Made by a program: the position numbers and the translations under genes. The notes under the pieces are model-generated. The model saw only the letters and a program-made list of their open reading frames with translations, was not told the DNA's origin and did no database searches. A stretch of DNA of 64,000 nt from an uncultured Bacteroidaceae bacterium (GTDB lineage: Bacteria; Bacteroidota; Bacteroidia; Bacteroidales; GCA-2748055), in contig CAZGTU010000001.1 in assembly GCA_964528675.1 (NCBI GenBank), positions 12,679-76,678 of the forward strand, read 5' to 3'. This document shows positions 9,317 to 19,164 of this stretch, one piece after another (within the stretch, counting starts at the first letter, position 1; each line of letters opens with the position of its first letter).

Positions 9317-11866
9317 TTGCCTATGGAAAACACCAAACTTGACCTGGCTTATCGTTTTGTGAATTACACCGGTGAAAACATTTTCCTCACCGGAAAGGCA
9401 GGAACGGGAAAAACGACTTTTTTGCACAACATTAAAAGAAAAGGTTTGAAAAGGGCAGTGGTTGTAGCTCCTACGGGTGTTGCCGCTATTAATGCAGGTG
9501 GTGTGACCATACATTCCTTCTTCCAGATGCCTTTCGGTCCCATTATTCCGGAAACACAAAGAAACTCTACTCAGCGAGATAAATCCTCATTTCAGCGAAA
9601 GTTTAATAAAGAAAAGATAAACATCATCAAAAGCATGGATTTGCTGATCATTGATGAGATCAGTATGGTGAGGGCTGATCTGTTGGATGGCATTGATGAA
9701 GTTTTACGCAAATACAGGGATCACGAAAAACCTTTCGGCGGGATACAATTATTGATGATAGGTGACCTTGAGCAGCTTGCTCCTGTTGTTAAAGAAGATG
9801 AGTGGATGCTTTTAAGAGATCATTATCAGAATGCTTTTTTCTTCAGCAGTAAAGCATTGCAAAAGACAAATTTTGTAAGCATTGTGCTCGACCATGTATA
9901 CAGGCAAAGCGACCAGAGTTTCATTGCAATACTTAATAAGGTAAGGAACAAAGACCTTGATAGTGAGTCAATTCAAAAATTAAACAGCAGGTACATCCCG
10001 GGTTTTATTAAAGAAGATCAAGAAGGCTATATAATTCTCACCACTCATAATGCCACGGCAAGAAATATCAATAAAACCCGGTTGGATCTTTTATCCCATA
10101 AAACCCGGACATTTGAAGCCGAAATTGTCGGCGATTTTCCCGAGCACTCCTTCCCTACTGACCCCATACTTGAACTCAAAACCGGTGCCCAGGTAATGTT
10201 TGTAAAAAATGACCAGTCGAAGGAAAAAAGATACTTTAACGGGAAGATCGGCGTCATTGTTGAAATGGAAGAAGACACCGTCTTTATAAAATGCGAAGGA
10301 GAAGAGGATGTAATTGGTGTAGATCCTGTGGAATGGGAGAACATGAAATACAGCATCGACAGGAATACGAAGGAGATCAGTGAAAAAGTTACCGGTACTT
10401 TCACCCAGCTACCCCTGAAATTAGCATGGGCCATCACCATTCACAAAAGTCAGGGATTAACTTTTGAAAAAGCCATTATTGATGCCGCGGCTTCATTTGC
10501 TCACGGCCAGGTTTATGTAGCTCTCAGTCGTTGCAAAAGCCTGGAAGGAATGGTGCTTAACACTCCCATTGACCCATCATGTTTCATTCACAACTCCGAA
10601 GTGACCGGTTTTACTCAGAATGTGGAAAACAATCCTCCCAACGAAAATCACCTCTCACGTGCAAGAAAAGCATTTGAAGAGAATCTTCTGACGGAGCTAT
10701 TCGGTTTCAAACAAATTAATTTTGTTCTTTTAAAATTGAAAAAAGATCTCGATTCACACAGTAGAATAGTTGTGGGTAATCTTCGGCAGATCATTGAAAG
10801 TTTGCACCCTTTGTTTGCAAAGGATATACTTACAATATCTGAACGTTTTCATCCCAAAATCAGACAGATGCTCAGGGAAAATATGGAGTTGGACAAGAAC
10901 CTGAGATTGCAGGAAAAGATTTCCGGAGCTTCCGCTTATTTCCAGGATAAGTTGAAAAACATCCTTGGTGAGAAAATTGAAAATGCAGAATTTGAGACTG
11001 ATAATCAAGAGGTAAAAAAGCTTATAAACAATTCGGTTGATCAGATCCGTCAGCTTATACATTTTAAAAATACCTGTTTAAAGGCCTGTCAAAATGGCTT
11101 TGATCTTGCCAGTTATCTTGAAGTCAAAGCCAAAGCCCAGTTGGAAGAATTACCCAAAAAGAAAAAGACCTCCGTTTCGGAAAAAATTGAGACTGGTGAT
11201 ATTGGCGATGTCCGAAATCCAAAGCTATACAAAGATCTTATTCGTTGGAGGAACAGGGTGGCAGAGGAAAAATCCCTTCCCCACTATATGGTAATGCAGT
11301 TGAAACCCTTAATCACCTTGAGTAATTATGCACCAACCACCTTAAAAGAAATGAAGAGAATAAAAGGCATAGGAAAGGGAAAACTGAAAGCATACGGGGA
11401 AGAGCTCATACAGATCATCCAGTTGTCCGGTGCAGCCAACACCTTAAAGGTTGAAGAGCAGAAACCCAATGTTTCAAAAACGAAGGACAAAAAGAAAGGA
11501 TCAGGAGAAGAATTAACAAATGAAAATAAGAAAGAAGTAAAGAAAACCAGGGCAGAAAAAACCCCAACTGCTGATATTAGTTACAGAATGTATAATTCAG
11601 GTATGAGCATTGAAGATATCGCGAAAGAAAGAGGCCTGGTTGTCAGTACAATTGAAGGACATCTTGCGGAAAAGATAAAAGAAGGATTGCTTGACATTTC
11701 AGATTTTGTTGAGAACGAAAAGATCAACAAGATAAAAGAGTATTTTTCTCGCACAGAAAGCAATAAATTAACCGATGCAAGGGAGGCCCTTGGCGAAGAA
11801 TACTCATTTGCCGAGTTGAAATATACGCGAAAATATCTGGAGCGCGAAGAGAATAAGCATATATGA
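9317..11866 (+). CDS. Pif1/RecD-like AAA helicase with HRDC domain and C-terminal helicase-associated HTH
   Basis: 849 aa. Walker A GKAGTGKTT, DEISMV (Walker B), an HRDC-like segment (LYKDLIRWRNRVAEEKSLPHYMV...IKGIGKGKLKAYG) and a C-terminal HTH (SIEDIAKERGLVVSTIEGHL). Confidence 0.8.
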   Translation: MPMENTKLDLAYRFVNYTGENIFLTGKAGTGKTTFLHNIKRKGLKRAVVVAPTGVAAINAGGVTIHSFFQMPFGPIIPETQRNSTQRDKSSFQRKFNKEKINIIKSMDLLIIDEISMVRADLLDGIDEVLRKYRDHEKPFGGIQLLMIGDLEQLAPVVKEDEWMLLRDHYQNAFFFSSKALQKTNFVSIVLDHVYRQSDQSFIAILNKVRNKDLDSESIQKLNSRYIPGFIKEDQEGYIILTTHNATARNINKTRLDLLSHKTRTFEAEIVGDFPEHSFPTDPILELKTGAQVMFVKNDQSKEKRYFNGKIGVIVEMEEDTVFIKCEGEEDVIGVDPVEWENMKYSIDRNTKEISEKVTGTFTQLPLKLAWAITIHKSQGLTFEKAIIDAAASFAHGQVYVALSRCKSLEGMVLNTPIDPSCFIHNSEVTGFTQNVENNPPNENHLSRARKAFEENLLTELFGFKQINFVLLKLKKDLDSHSRIVVGNLRQIIESLHPLFAKDILTISERFHPKIRQMLRENMELDKNLRLQEKISGASAYFQDKLKNILGEKIENAEFETDNQEVKKLINNSVDQIRQLIHFKNTCLKACQNGFDLASYLEVKAKAQLEELPKKKKTSVSEKIETGDIGDVRNPKLYKDLIRWRNRVAEEKSLPHYMVMQLKPLITLSNYAPTTLKEMKRIKGIGKGKLKAYGEELIQIIQLSGAANTLKVEEQKPNVSKTKDKKKGSGEELTNENKKEVKKTRAEKTPTADISYRMYNSGMSIEDIAKERGLVVSTIEGHLAEKIKEGLLDISDFVENEKINKIKEYFSRTESNKLTDAREALGEEYSFAELKYTRKYLEREENKHI

Positions 11867-11983
11867 TCTTAAGTCAGAGCTTTGGGCAATGCTGTCTATT
11901 TTCCGGTGAAGCTATTCAAGTCTTTTTCCAGGAAATAATAACCCCATACTTTATTTGATGTTTTATTCCGGGCTGGTCGAACA

Positions 11984-12015
11984 GACCCTTAGGGTTTAAG
12001 ACCCTAAGGGTTTAA
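11984..12015. repeat. REP-like palindromic pair (GACCCTTAGGGT / GACCCTAAGGGT) upstream of the RAYT gene
   Basis: Two 12-mers at 11984-11995 and 12000-12011. They are reverse complements of each other and each is self-complementary (ACCC..GGGT). Confidence 0.7.
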
Positions 12016-12042
12016 TGACAAGTTCTTAAATATCTGTTATTT

Positions 12043-12675
12043 ATGAAAAAACCAAAGTATGAAAAGCTGGAATGTGGGAGCTATTACCACATCCATAACC
12101 GGGGCATAAATTCCTGTGATTTATTCCTTGAAAATGAGAATTATGAACATTTTCTTCGTCTTTTTGATCGATATATTATACCGATCGCAAAGTGTTTTGC
12201 CTGGGTTTTAATGGGAAATCATTTTCATTATTTTGTGAAGATCAAAAAGAAGGAAGAAATTTTAAATTATCAAGAAGTTGCAAGATTATCAGAAATGAAT
12301 GCCGAAGACAGGGCGTATCAACAGTTTTCCAACCTGTTCAATGCCTACACAAAGGCTTTTAATAAGAGATATGGCAGGACCGGGAGTTTATTTGAACATC
12401 CTTTTCGCCGAAAAAAGGTTGAAACCCGAATCTACTTTCAACAATTAATATTATATATCCATATGAATCCTGTCAAGCATGGCTTCAGGGACCATCCCCT
12501 GGACTATTCCTGGAGCAGTTTTAATGACTTCATTTCCAGAAAACCCACCAATCTGGATAAAAGAAAGGTCTTTGAATGGTTCAATAAAAAAGCAGATTTT
12601 AAGACCATGCATGATGAGATGGTTCAACTGGTTCATGCAGAGGATTTGAGTATTTTTTATCAAGAGATAATTTAG
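12043..12675 (+). CDS. REP-associated tyrosine transposase (IS200/Y1 HUH transposase family, RAYT-like)
   Basis: 210 aa. HUH motif in GNHFHYFV and a catalytic-Tyr motif in LILYIHMNPVKHGF. Flanked on both sides by GACCCTNAGGGT palindromes. Confidence 0.8.
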   Translation: MKKPKYEKLECGSYYHIHNRGINSCDLFLENENYEHFLRLFDRYIIPIAKCFAWVLMGNHFHYFVKIKKKEEILNYQEVARLSEMNAEDRAYQQFSNLFNAYTKAFNKRYGRTGSLFEHPFRRKKVETRIYFQQLILYIHMNPVKHGFRDHPLDYSWSSFNDFISRKPTNLDKRKVFEWFNKKADFKTMHDEMVQLVHAEDLSIFYQEII

Positions 12676-12726
12676 TTAATTGGCTTTATAATATTGATTT
12701 ACTAAAACTTAAGCGCTCGACACTTT

Positions 12727-12782
12727 CACACCCTCAGGGTCTAAGACCTTCGAGGTTTTTAAAACCTCGAAGGTCTTGGTGT
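12727..12782. repeat. REP-like element downstream of RAYT: CACCCTCAGGGT plus a perfect palindrome with 17-bp arms
   Basis: 12743-12777 reads AAGACCTTCGAGGTTTT-T-AAAACCTCGAAGGTCTT. The 12-mer at 12729-12740 matches the family core. Confidence 0.7.
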
Positions 12783-12848
12783 AAAGTAAAACTTAAGCCC
12801 TGCTCCCATCCCCGTTTTTTCATATCTTCGTAAAAAAACACCAGCACT

Positions 12849-15065
12849 ATGCCCGCTAAATTATTCTATATTATCCTCATTCTCAATATACCAGCTCATG
12901 CCCTCGCTCAACCCCTCCTTGAATGGAAAAGCATCGATTCATTCAACAGCAAAATGCCTGTTGGAATAGAAATATTTAAAGCGACAGGAAGTATAGAAGG
13001 AGATACCCTTACAGCATATTACAGCATCACAGATATTTCCAGGGGTGATCTTGTACTCTATCCTTTGTATTCTGAATATAATCAAAAACCTGAAAAATAT
13101 TTTTCAGAAAGTCCTGAAGACATTGTTATAATCACCAATGGAGGGTATTTTGGCACCAACGTTTCCTATAGCCTGGTGCTCAATAATTATAAAACCCTCG
13201 TGCCAAACATCAGAGCAGTTAATCGTTCTCATAACAACACAAACTATCTTTATTACCCTACGAGAAGTGCATTTGGTGTTGACCCGAACCTTAAAGCTGA
13301 GGCAGCTTATGTTTATACATTCAGTGATAATAATCAGACCTATTCATATCCGGAACCCAGTCCAAATACAACTGAAAATCTTCCTCTTCCACAACCCACA
13401 CCGGAATACCCCGAAGGAGGGGAAATATGGAAGGTGAGTGAGGCAATTGGCGGTGGACCCCTGCTTATAAAAGATAGTATCATCAATACAAATTATAGCC
13501 CTGAGCTATTTCCCAACGACATTACCGGATCAATTGCCCCAAGAACAGCAATCGGAATAAGGGGTGATGGAAAACTAATCAACCTGGTGGTCGACGGAAG
13601 ACAGGACCACTCAAAAGGAATAAGCCTTCATAGCCTTTCTGAAATACTTCTTGAATTGGGCTGCGTCGATGCCATAAATCTCGATGGAGGTGGATCCTCC
13701 GTTTTAACGGTATATGATGAGGTAATCAATAAACCCTCCGATGGAAATCCACGTTATATTCCATCAGTGGTAAGCATCAAGAAAGCACTGATGCTGAGGA
13801 ATAACGATCCTGCTTATTTTAATCCTGTACAACAAGCATCGGACAGTCTGAAAAATATCAGATTCCCCGAAACCAAAACCTTGATCTTTGGCAAAGGAGA
13901 AACAGGAGTTTATTCATTTAAGGATATATTACCCGCAGAATACAGACTGGAATTCTACAATAATTCTGAAAGTGAATACAATTATAGTGATTCCATCGAA
14001 TTTATATTCTCTCTGGGGTCCGAAAGAAAGGATACCATTTATCTGAACCAGGGTTCATTAACCGGAAATCAGTTCGTAAATCTCGGCAGCAGGCAACTGG
14101 GCCCCCATGACACTTTTAAGATCAGCAATAAAAGTGAAGATGGTTATCTGCATCTTGATGTCCTTCGTCTGATCAAAACCGGTTCCGGTCTTCCTGAAAT
14201 AGATCTGGATCCCAGGGTTTATTATGGGAATTACTCTACAGGAGATTCCATTAAGTTCAAAATTGAAGCATTTGCAAGAAACCGTTCAAGAAAAATTACA
14301 GCGTTTAAGGTTTACGAAATAATCCAGGATAATTATGTAAAATTATCACAAAGATCGTTTGCACCTGTTGAAAGTTACGAAGATTCTGTTCATTACATCA
14401 TTCAAAAAGACCCGGACCAGATCCGTCTTAAATCGGTTGTATATGATGAATTGAATGATTCTTCCTCAGTTTTCTATACCCTGAACATTGATAATACTCC
14501 TCCCACAGTTGCCTTTGGAAAAAACTCAGTTTTACAGGGAGAAAGGGGTGATACTCTCATTTTTGAACTAAAATTGCTTCCCGGAAATGAATCTCGTCCC
14601 CTGGAAATCCTGGAGATTTTTAAAGATCCGGCAAATGAAAATAAACTTCTAACCACAATTAAACCATCCCCGCAGGGCGACACGATCAAATTCCATTATG
14701 AAATAAAGGAAGAGGATCTTACGGGAGTTGAATTTCGCTTTATCATTCATGATGAATCCGGATATTCCGCCAGCCGGGACTTTTCATATTTTTACAATTC
14801 CATATTTGATATTAAGAATCATAATCTCAGTTTTCAATATAATCCCAAACTTAAGCAACTGGAAATAAACTCCAGGATATCCCAGGCCCGGGAAAAACTT
14901 CATGCAGGTTTTTATGATCTTTCCGGAAGATTACTCTATCAGAAAAATATTATACATTCCATGCATTCGACATTAGATCTGGATTTTATTCCCCCGGGAA
15001 TTACCCTGGTTAAAATCGTTTATGGAAGTAAAATATATAATTATCGCTTCATTCAACCATACTAA
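12849..15065 (+). CDS. Secreted phosphodiester glycosidase (NAGPA/DUF2233) family protein with T9SS-type C-terminal sorting domain
   Basis: 738 aa with a signal peptide. Contains GGGPLLIKD...PRTAIGI...VVDGRQ...AINLDGGGSS. The C-terminal ~80 aa ends in a beta-strand tail (GITLVKIVYGSKIYNYRFIQ) typical of Por secretion tails. Confidence 0.75.
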   Translation: MPAKLFYIILILNIPAHALAQPLLEWKSIDSFNSKMPVGIEIFKATGSIEGDTLTAYYSITDISRGDLVLYPLYSEYNQKPEKYFSESPEDIVIITNGGYFGTNVSYSLVLNNYKTLVPNIRAVNRSHNNTNYLYYPTRSAFGVDPNLKAEAAYVYTFSDNNQTYSYPEPSPNTTENLPLPQPTPEYPEGGEIWKVSEAIGGGPLLIKDSIINTNYSPELFPNDITGSIAPRTAIGIRGDGKLINLVVDGRQDHSKGISLHSLSEILLELGCVDAINLDGGGSSVLTVYDEVINKPSDGNPRYIPSVVSIKKALMLRNNDPAYFNPVQQASDSLKNIRFPETKTLIFGKGETGVYSFKDILPAEYRLEFYNNSESEYNYSDSIEFIFSLGSERKDTIYLNQGSLTGNQFVNLGSRQLGPHDTFKISNKSEDGYLHLDVLRLIKTGSGLPEIDLDPRVYYGNYSTGDSIKFKIEAFARNRSRKITAFKVYEIIQDNYVKLSQRSFAPVESYEDSVHYIIQKDPDQIRLKSVVYDELNDSSSVFYTLNIDNTPPTVAFGKNSVLQGERGDTLIFELKLLPGNESRPLEILEIFKDPANENKLLTTIKPSPQGDTIKFHYEIKEEDLTGVEFRFIIHDESGYSASRDFSYFYNSIFDIKNHNLSFQYNPKLKQLEINSRISQAREKLHAGFYDLSGRLLYQKNIIHSMHSTLDLDFIPPGITLVKIVYGSKIYNYRFIQPY

Positions 15066-15098
15066 ACGCTGTGCTGCTCTTTTGTTTGGCAGGGGAAA

Positions 15099-15121
15099 GG
15101 ATAATTGACTTTTCAGAGTGG
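15099..15121 (+). repeat. Dispersed core motif, copy b: GGATAATTGACTTTTCAGAGTGG
   Basis: 22 of 23 positions identical to 117-139. Lies 34 nt after the stop codon of the upstream gene. Confidence 0.6.
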
Positions 15122-15275
15122 ACTTAATAATTCAAAATATAAGCTTATCATTCCTGTAATATCATAATTAGCTGCCAATTTGACAAAATAGATATTTATA
15201 TCAATAACGGAAAGATTTTTGTATTTCCAGTTTAAGAATTGGAATTATTGCGCTTAAGGAATTAAAGCTTCAAAA

Positions 15276-17513
15276 ATGTCATATAAAGAATTAATACGGG
15301 AATACAGAAAAATAAATCAGCTTATTGAGCAGAAAAGAATTAAAGAAGCATTTGAAATTCTGAGTAAGCTCACGAGTATCTGTCATAATGCTGATTTTAC
15401 CAATCGCCTGGAAAATTATCGTGAGACTTACAGAAATATCCTTAGGTATACATTTGAAAAAGGAGACGATCCTGAAAAAGAACAGGTATTCAACAGGCTC
15501 ATTAAATCCATTCTGGAACTCAGTGATGAAGTAAAGGAAGAAATTATAATCCAGGAAGGAATGCTGGCACATTATAAATTGATGGAAAGGTACAGAAGAG
15601 AATCTGAATTTAAAATTGAAGAGCTTGAAGAATGGATAAAAAAAATATTAGTCAGTAGAGAAGTTGAATTAACAGGAGAAGCGACTGATGAATCTGGTAA
15701 TAAATCCAAAGAAGCGGAAAATGATACACGCAATCGATTATCCGAATTCTTTAAGGTATTCTGGTTAAATAACCGTCTCACTGAATCCCATATAAATTTG
15801 TTGCAACAAGCCAGAAGCAATCCAGAGTTTCCCTGGTATTATAAATCCCTACTTGTAAGTGCTCTTACCTTATCACTTTTGCGTCATTTTGATATTGAGA
15901 AGATCAAGATCCTTTTTGATATTTATGAAGATCAGGAGAACAAGGTATGGCAAAGAGCGCTGGTGGGAATGTTGCTGGTATTTTACATCCATGATAACAG
16001 AATTTCTTTTTATCCAGAAATTGAACAGAGAATAAAATTACTGAAAGGAAATCGCCACTGGAACAAAACCATAGAAAGCTCGGTTATTCAGCTTCTCAGG
16101 GCTAAAGAAACGGAAAAGATTACGGAAAAGATCAGGAATGAAATAATGCCCGAATTATGGAAAATGCGATCCACCCTTGAAGATAAACTAAACATCGAGG
16201 ATCTTCTGAAAGATAAGATGCTGGAAGACAAAAACCCGGAATGGGAAAGGGTTTTTGAAGACACTCCCGGCCTCTATGATAAAATGGAGGAATTTTCAAA
16301 TCTGCAGATGGAAGGATCGGACGTATTTCTTTCTGCATTTGCCATGCTTAAACGCTTCGACTTTTTCAATGATATTAATAACTGGGTTTTACCTTTCTAC
16401 AAAGAAAATGAACATTTCTCCGATATTTTCAGCCAGGTGAAGGAAGGATTTGACAGCAATACATTCCTGGAAGGACTGGAGAGAACCAGTTTTCTCTGCA
16501 ATTCGGATAAATATTCTTTTTGCCTGAATGTAAAGCATATGCCTGATATGCAAAAAAACATGATGGTGGAATTATTTAACAAGGAGATGGAGGCAATGAA
16601 TGAAATGGCAAGTGAAGATGAATTGCTGAAAAAGGATGTTCATGACAGATCTGTCATCGTTCAATACACCCAGGATCTTTACCGTTTTTTCAAGCTTCAT
16701 CCGATGAAAAAAGAATTCAAGGATATCTTTGAACTTCCACTTGATTTTCATAATAAGGACTTTTTCAGATCCATGGTGGACGATGAGGACATCATCCGGA
16801 ATATTGGGGAATTCTATTTCGAGAAAGATCATTATTCGGAAGCTCTGGATATTTTTCTTTCTCTTGAAGAAGAAGATGGCGGACATGAGTTGCTGGAGAA
16901 AATAGCTTATTCTTATCAATGTTTGGGAGACTTTGAGAAGGCCCTGGAATTTTATAAAAAGGCAGAACTGGCAACAAAACCCCGAAGCTGGTTATTTAAT
17001 AAAATAGCCTTCTGTTATCGTCGTCTTGAAAAACATGATTCTGCCATTAAATATTACCAGGAATCCGAAAAGATCGATCCGGAAAACCTATATATCCAGA
17101 CTTCTTTAGGACAGGCAAACATGGAGAAAGGAGATTACGAGACAGCTTTGAAATATTTCTTTAAGGTTGAATATCTTGCGCCTGATAATGTTAAGGTTCA
17201 CCGCCCGATAGCCTGGTGTTCATTTGTGCTTGGGAAGACGGATAATGCCAGAAAATATTTTGAAAAGATCGTCCAGAAAGAAGGGAATAAATACGATTAC
17301 ATGAATCTGGGCCATGTATACTGGAGCACTGGCAACAAATCTGAAGCAATAAAGAGCTATCGGGAGAGCCTTAAAAAATCAAAGCTTGATGTTGAATGGT
17401 TTACAGAGATCATGAAGGAAGATAGTGTTCATCTTCAGAAATACAACATTCCTACATTTGATATCCTGTTGATGGTTGACTATATAAAATTGATTGCGGG
17501 TGAAGAGGGATGA
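15276..17513 (+). CDS. Tetratricopeptide-repeat protein
   Basis: 745 aa. The C-terminal third contains several TPR-like 34-residue units (AL..Y.KA....P). The N-terminal two thirds are unassigned. Confidence 0.65.
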   Translation: MSYKELIREYRKINQLIEQKRIKEAFEILSKLTSICHNADFTNRLENYRETYRNILRYTFEKGDDPEKEQVFNRLIKSILELSDEVKEEIIIQEGMLAHYKLMERYRRESEFKIEELEEWIKKILVSREVELTGEATDESGNKSKEAENDTRNRLSEFFKVFWLNNRLTESHINLLQQARSNPEFPWYYKSLLVSALTLSLLRHFDIEKIKILFDIYEDQENKVWQRALVGMLLVFYIHDNRISFYPEIEQRIKLLKGNRHWNKTIESSVIQLLRAKETEKITEKIRNEIMPELWKMRSTLEDKLNIEDLLKDKMLEDKNPEWERVFEDTPGLYDKMEEFSNLQMEGSDVFLSAFAMLKRFDFFNDINNWVLPFYKENEHFSDIFSQVKEGFDSNTFLEGLERTSFLCNSDKYSFCLNVKHMPDMQKNMMVELFNKEMEAMNEMASEDELLKKDVHDRSVIVQYTQDLYRFFKLHPMKKEFKDIFELPLDFHNKDFFRSMVDDEDIIRNIGEFYFEKDHYSEALDIFLSLEEEDGGHELLEKIAYSYQCLGDFEKALEFYKKAELATKPRSWLFNKIAFCYRRLEKHDSAIKYYQESEKIDPENLYIQTSLGQANMEKGDYETALKYFFKVEYLAPDNVKVHRPIAWCSFVLGKTDNARKYFEKIVQKEGNKYDYMNLGHVYWSTGNKSEAIKSYRESLKKSKLDVEWFTEIMKEDSVHLQKYNIPTFDILLMVDYIKLIAGEEG

Positions 17514-17530
17514 CTTTTTTCGGAGTTTGG
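17508..17530 (+). repeat. Dispersed core motif, copy c (degenerate): GGGATGACTTTTTTCGGAGTTTGG
   Basis: Overlaps the TGA stop of the TPR gene and shares the ACTTTT..CGGAGT core. Confidence 0.45.
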
Positions 17531-17578
17531 CTTTGGATTATCTTTCTGAATTACAGCTTATTGAATAGCCTGAAATGC

Positions 17579-17627
17579 CAGACCCTCAGGGTTTAAAACC
17601 CTCGGGGTTTTAAACCCTGAGGGTCTG
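17579..17627. terminator. Perfect 23-bp-stem hairpin (REP-family sequence) between convergent genes; probable bidirectional terminator
   Basis: CAGACCCTCAGGGTTTAAAACCC-TCG-GGGTTTTAAACCCTGAGGGTCTG. Carries the same GACCCTCAGGGT core as the RAYT-flanking repeats. Confidence 0.6.
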
Positions 17628-17638
17628 CCTCTCCCCAA

Positions 17639-18352
17639 TCACAAAACCTCCTTCAACATCAAAGCATTCTCCACCGAATTCGCACCCACATCATTATTGA
17701 AGTATACATAATAATCCTTCGCCCGCGAACGTTTCATCCGGTCAGCCCACCCCTCCAATTCTTCCTCACTATATTTATACTTATACCACTCTTCCTTCCC
17801 GTGAAAACGCAGATATACCTTTTTTGTCCGGTCTTCAAGAAATTCTGGTAAATCATCGGGTGCAGAAAGACTGCAGGTGATAACATCATAGCCGGCAAGT
17901 AAATTATAAATATCCTCTGTAAACCACGAAGAATGACGGAATTCTATCACATTCAGGAAATCCCTGTCCAGCAGCCTGCAGAAATTTTCGATCTTTTCTT
18001 CATTTTTATGAAGATTCCCGGGTAACTGCCATAGAATAACACCGGTCTTTTCCTTGATTGGTTCTATACCATCATAAAAATTATCCAGATGCTCTTCAGG
18101 ATCCTTCAACTTTTTCATATGTGTAATATATCGGCTTCCCTTTACCGTAAACCTGAAACCGTCAGGCGTGATCTTCACCCACTCTTTCAATGTCTTCTTT
18201 TCGGGAATCTGATAAAAAGTATTGTTGATCTCAACCGTATTGAAATGTTCGGCATAATACTCAAGCCATTTCTCTTTTTTCAGATCTTCAGGATAAAATT
18301 TACCTCTCCAGTCTTTATAATGATAACCCGAACATCCAACATAATAAGCCAT
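17639..18352 (-). CDS. DUF72 (YecE/UPF0759) family protein
   Basis: 237 aa. Begins YVGCSGYHYKDWRGKFYP and contains NNTFY..P, characteristic of DUF72. Lies 10 nt downstream of the Fpg-family gene. Confidence 0.8.
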   Translation of the reverse strand: MAYYVGCSGYHYKDWRGKFYPEDLKKEKWLEYYAEHFNTVEINNTFYQIPEKKTLKEWVKITPDGFRFTVKGSRYITHMKKLKDPEEHLDNFYDGIEPIKEKTGVILWQLPGNLHKNEEKIENFCRLLDRDFLNVIEFRHSSWFTEDIYNLLAGYDVITCSLSAPDDLPEFLEDRTKKVYLRFHGKEEWYKYKYSEEELEGWADRMKRSRAKDYYVYFNNDVGANSVENALMLKEVL

Positions 18353-18362
18353 AATCCATCAT

Positions 18363-19142
18363 TTATTTTTTCTGACAGGAAGGGCAGATATAACAGCCTC
18401 TTCCTGAAATTTTTATTTTTTTGACTTCACCTTTACAGTAGGGACAACTTTCCCCTTTATTTCGAACCGGAATGAGATAATTTTTTGGCAATTTAGAAGG
18501 ATCAGCCTGGACTTCAATAGCTTTCTTTAATACTTCATTCATCTTAGTGTAAAGTTCTTTTCGTTTCTTCTCATCAATCTTGCTTAGATCCTTTTTCGGA
18601 TGAAGCCTGACCTGGAATAGAATTTCATCAGAATAAATATTGCCTATTCCCGACAATAAACTTTGATCCATCAAAGCCCCCTTTATTCCTCCCCTCTTTT
18701 TATCAAGCAATTCCAAAAATTCCTCCATGGTCAATTCCAGGGCATCCTTCCCAATATTGTTCTTTTCAGCAAATTCATCAGGCGAGTCGCATACCTCGAT
18801 CTTACCCAGTTTTCGCTTTGTTATGACACTCAAATGTCCGTTATCCTTAAAATGAAAAGAAAAAGCAGAATATTCAGGCTCTTCTTCATCATCTTCATAA
18901 TAAGATACCGAACCGGTCATACCGAAATGCAAAACAAGCCAGTCGAAATCCTTCACTTCCAGGAAACAATATTTCCCTCTTCTCATTGTGAACGCTAACT
19001 TATGATCCTTAATTCCATCAAGTTTCTGGCGGGAACTGTTGACCAGATCTTTTTCATGAATGGTATAATCGCTAATCGACTTTCCAACGGCTTTTTTGTC
19101 TATAATTTTTCTAAAAACTTCAACATCTGGTAATTCGGGCAT
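18363..19142 (-). CDS. Fpg/Nei family DNA glycosylase / AP lyase
   Basis: 259 aa. N-terminal MPELPDVE (catalytic Pro2/Glu3), an H2TH region and a C-terminal C4 zinc finger, CPYCKG...CYICPSCQ. Confidence 0.85.
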   Translation of the reverse strand: MPELPDVEVFRKIIDKKAVGKSISDYTIHEKDLVNSSRQKLDGIKDHKLAFTMRRGKYCFLEVKDFDWLVLHFGMTGSVSYYEDDEEEPEYSAFSFHFKDNGHLSVITKRKLGKIEVCDSPDEFAEKNNIGKDALELTMEEFLELLDKKRGGIKGALMDQSLLSGIGNIYSDEILFQVRLHPKKDLSKIDEKKRKELYTKMNEVLKKAIEVQADPSKLPKNYLIPVRNKGESCPYCKGEVKKIKISGRGCYICPSCQKK

Positions 19143-19164
19143 GATGATAAAATTATTGATTTAC

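Noticed and set aside
9158-9559. 133-aa minus-strand ORF spanning the GntR/Pif1 intergenic region and the 5' end of the helicase gene.
   Set aside because: It overlaps the helicase Walker-A region on the opposite strand, has odd composition and shows no family resemblance.
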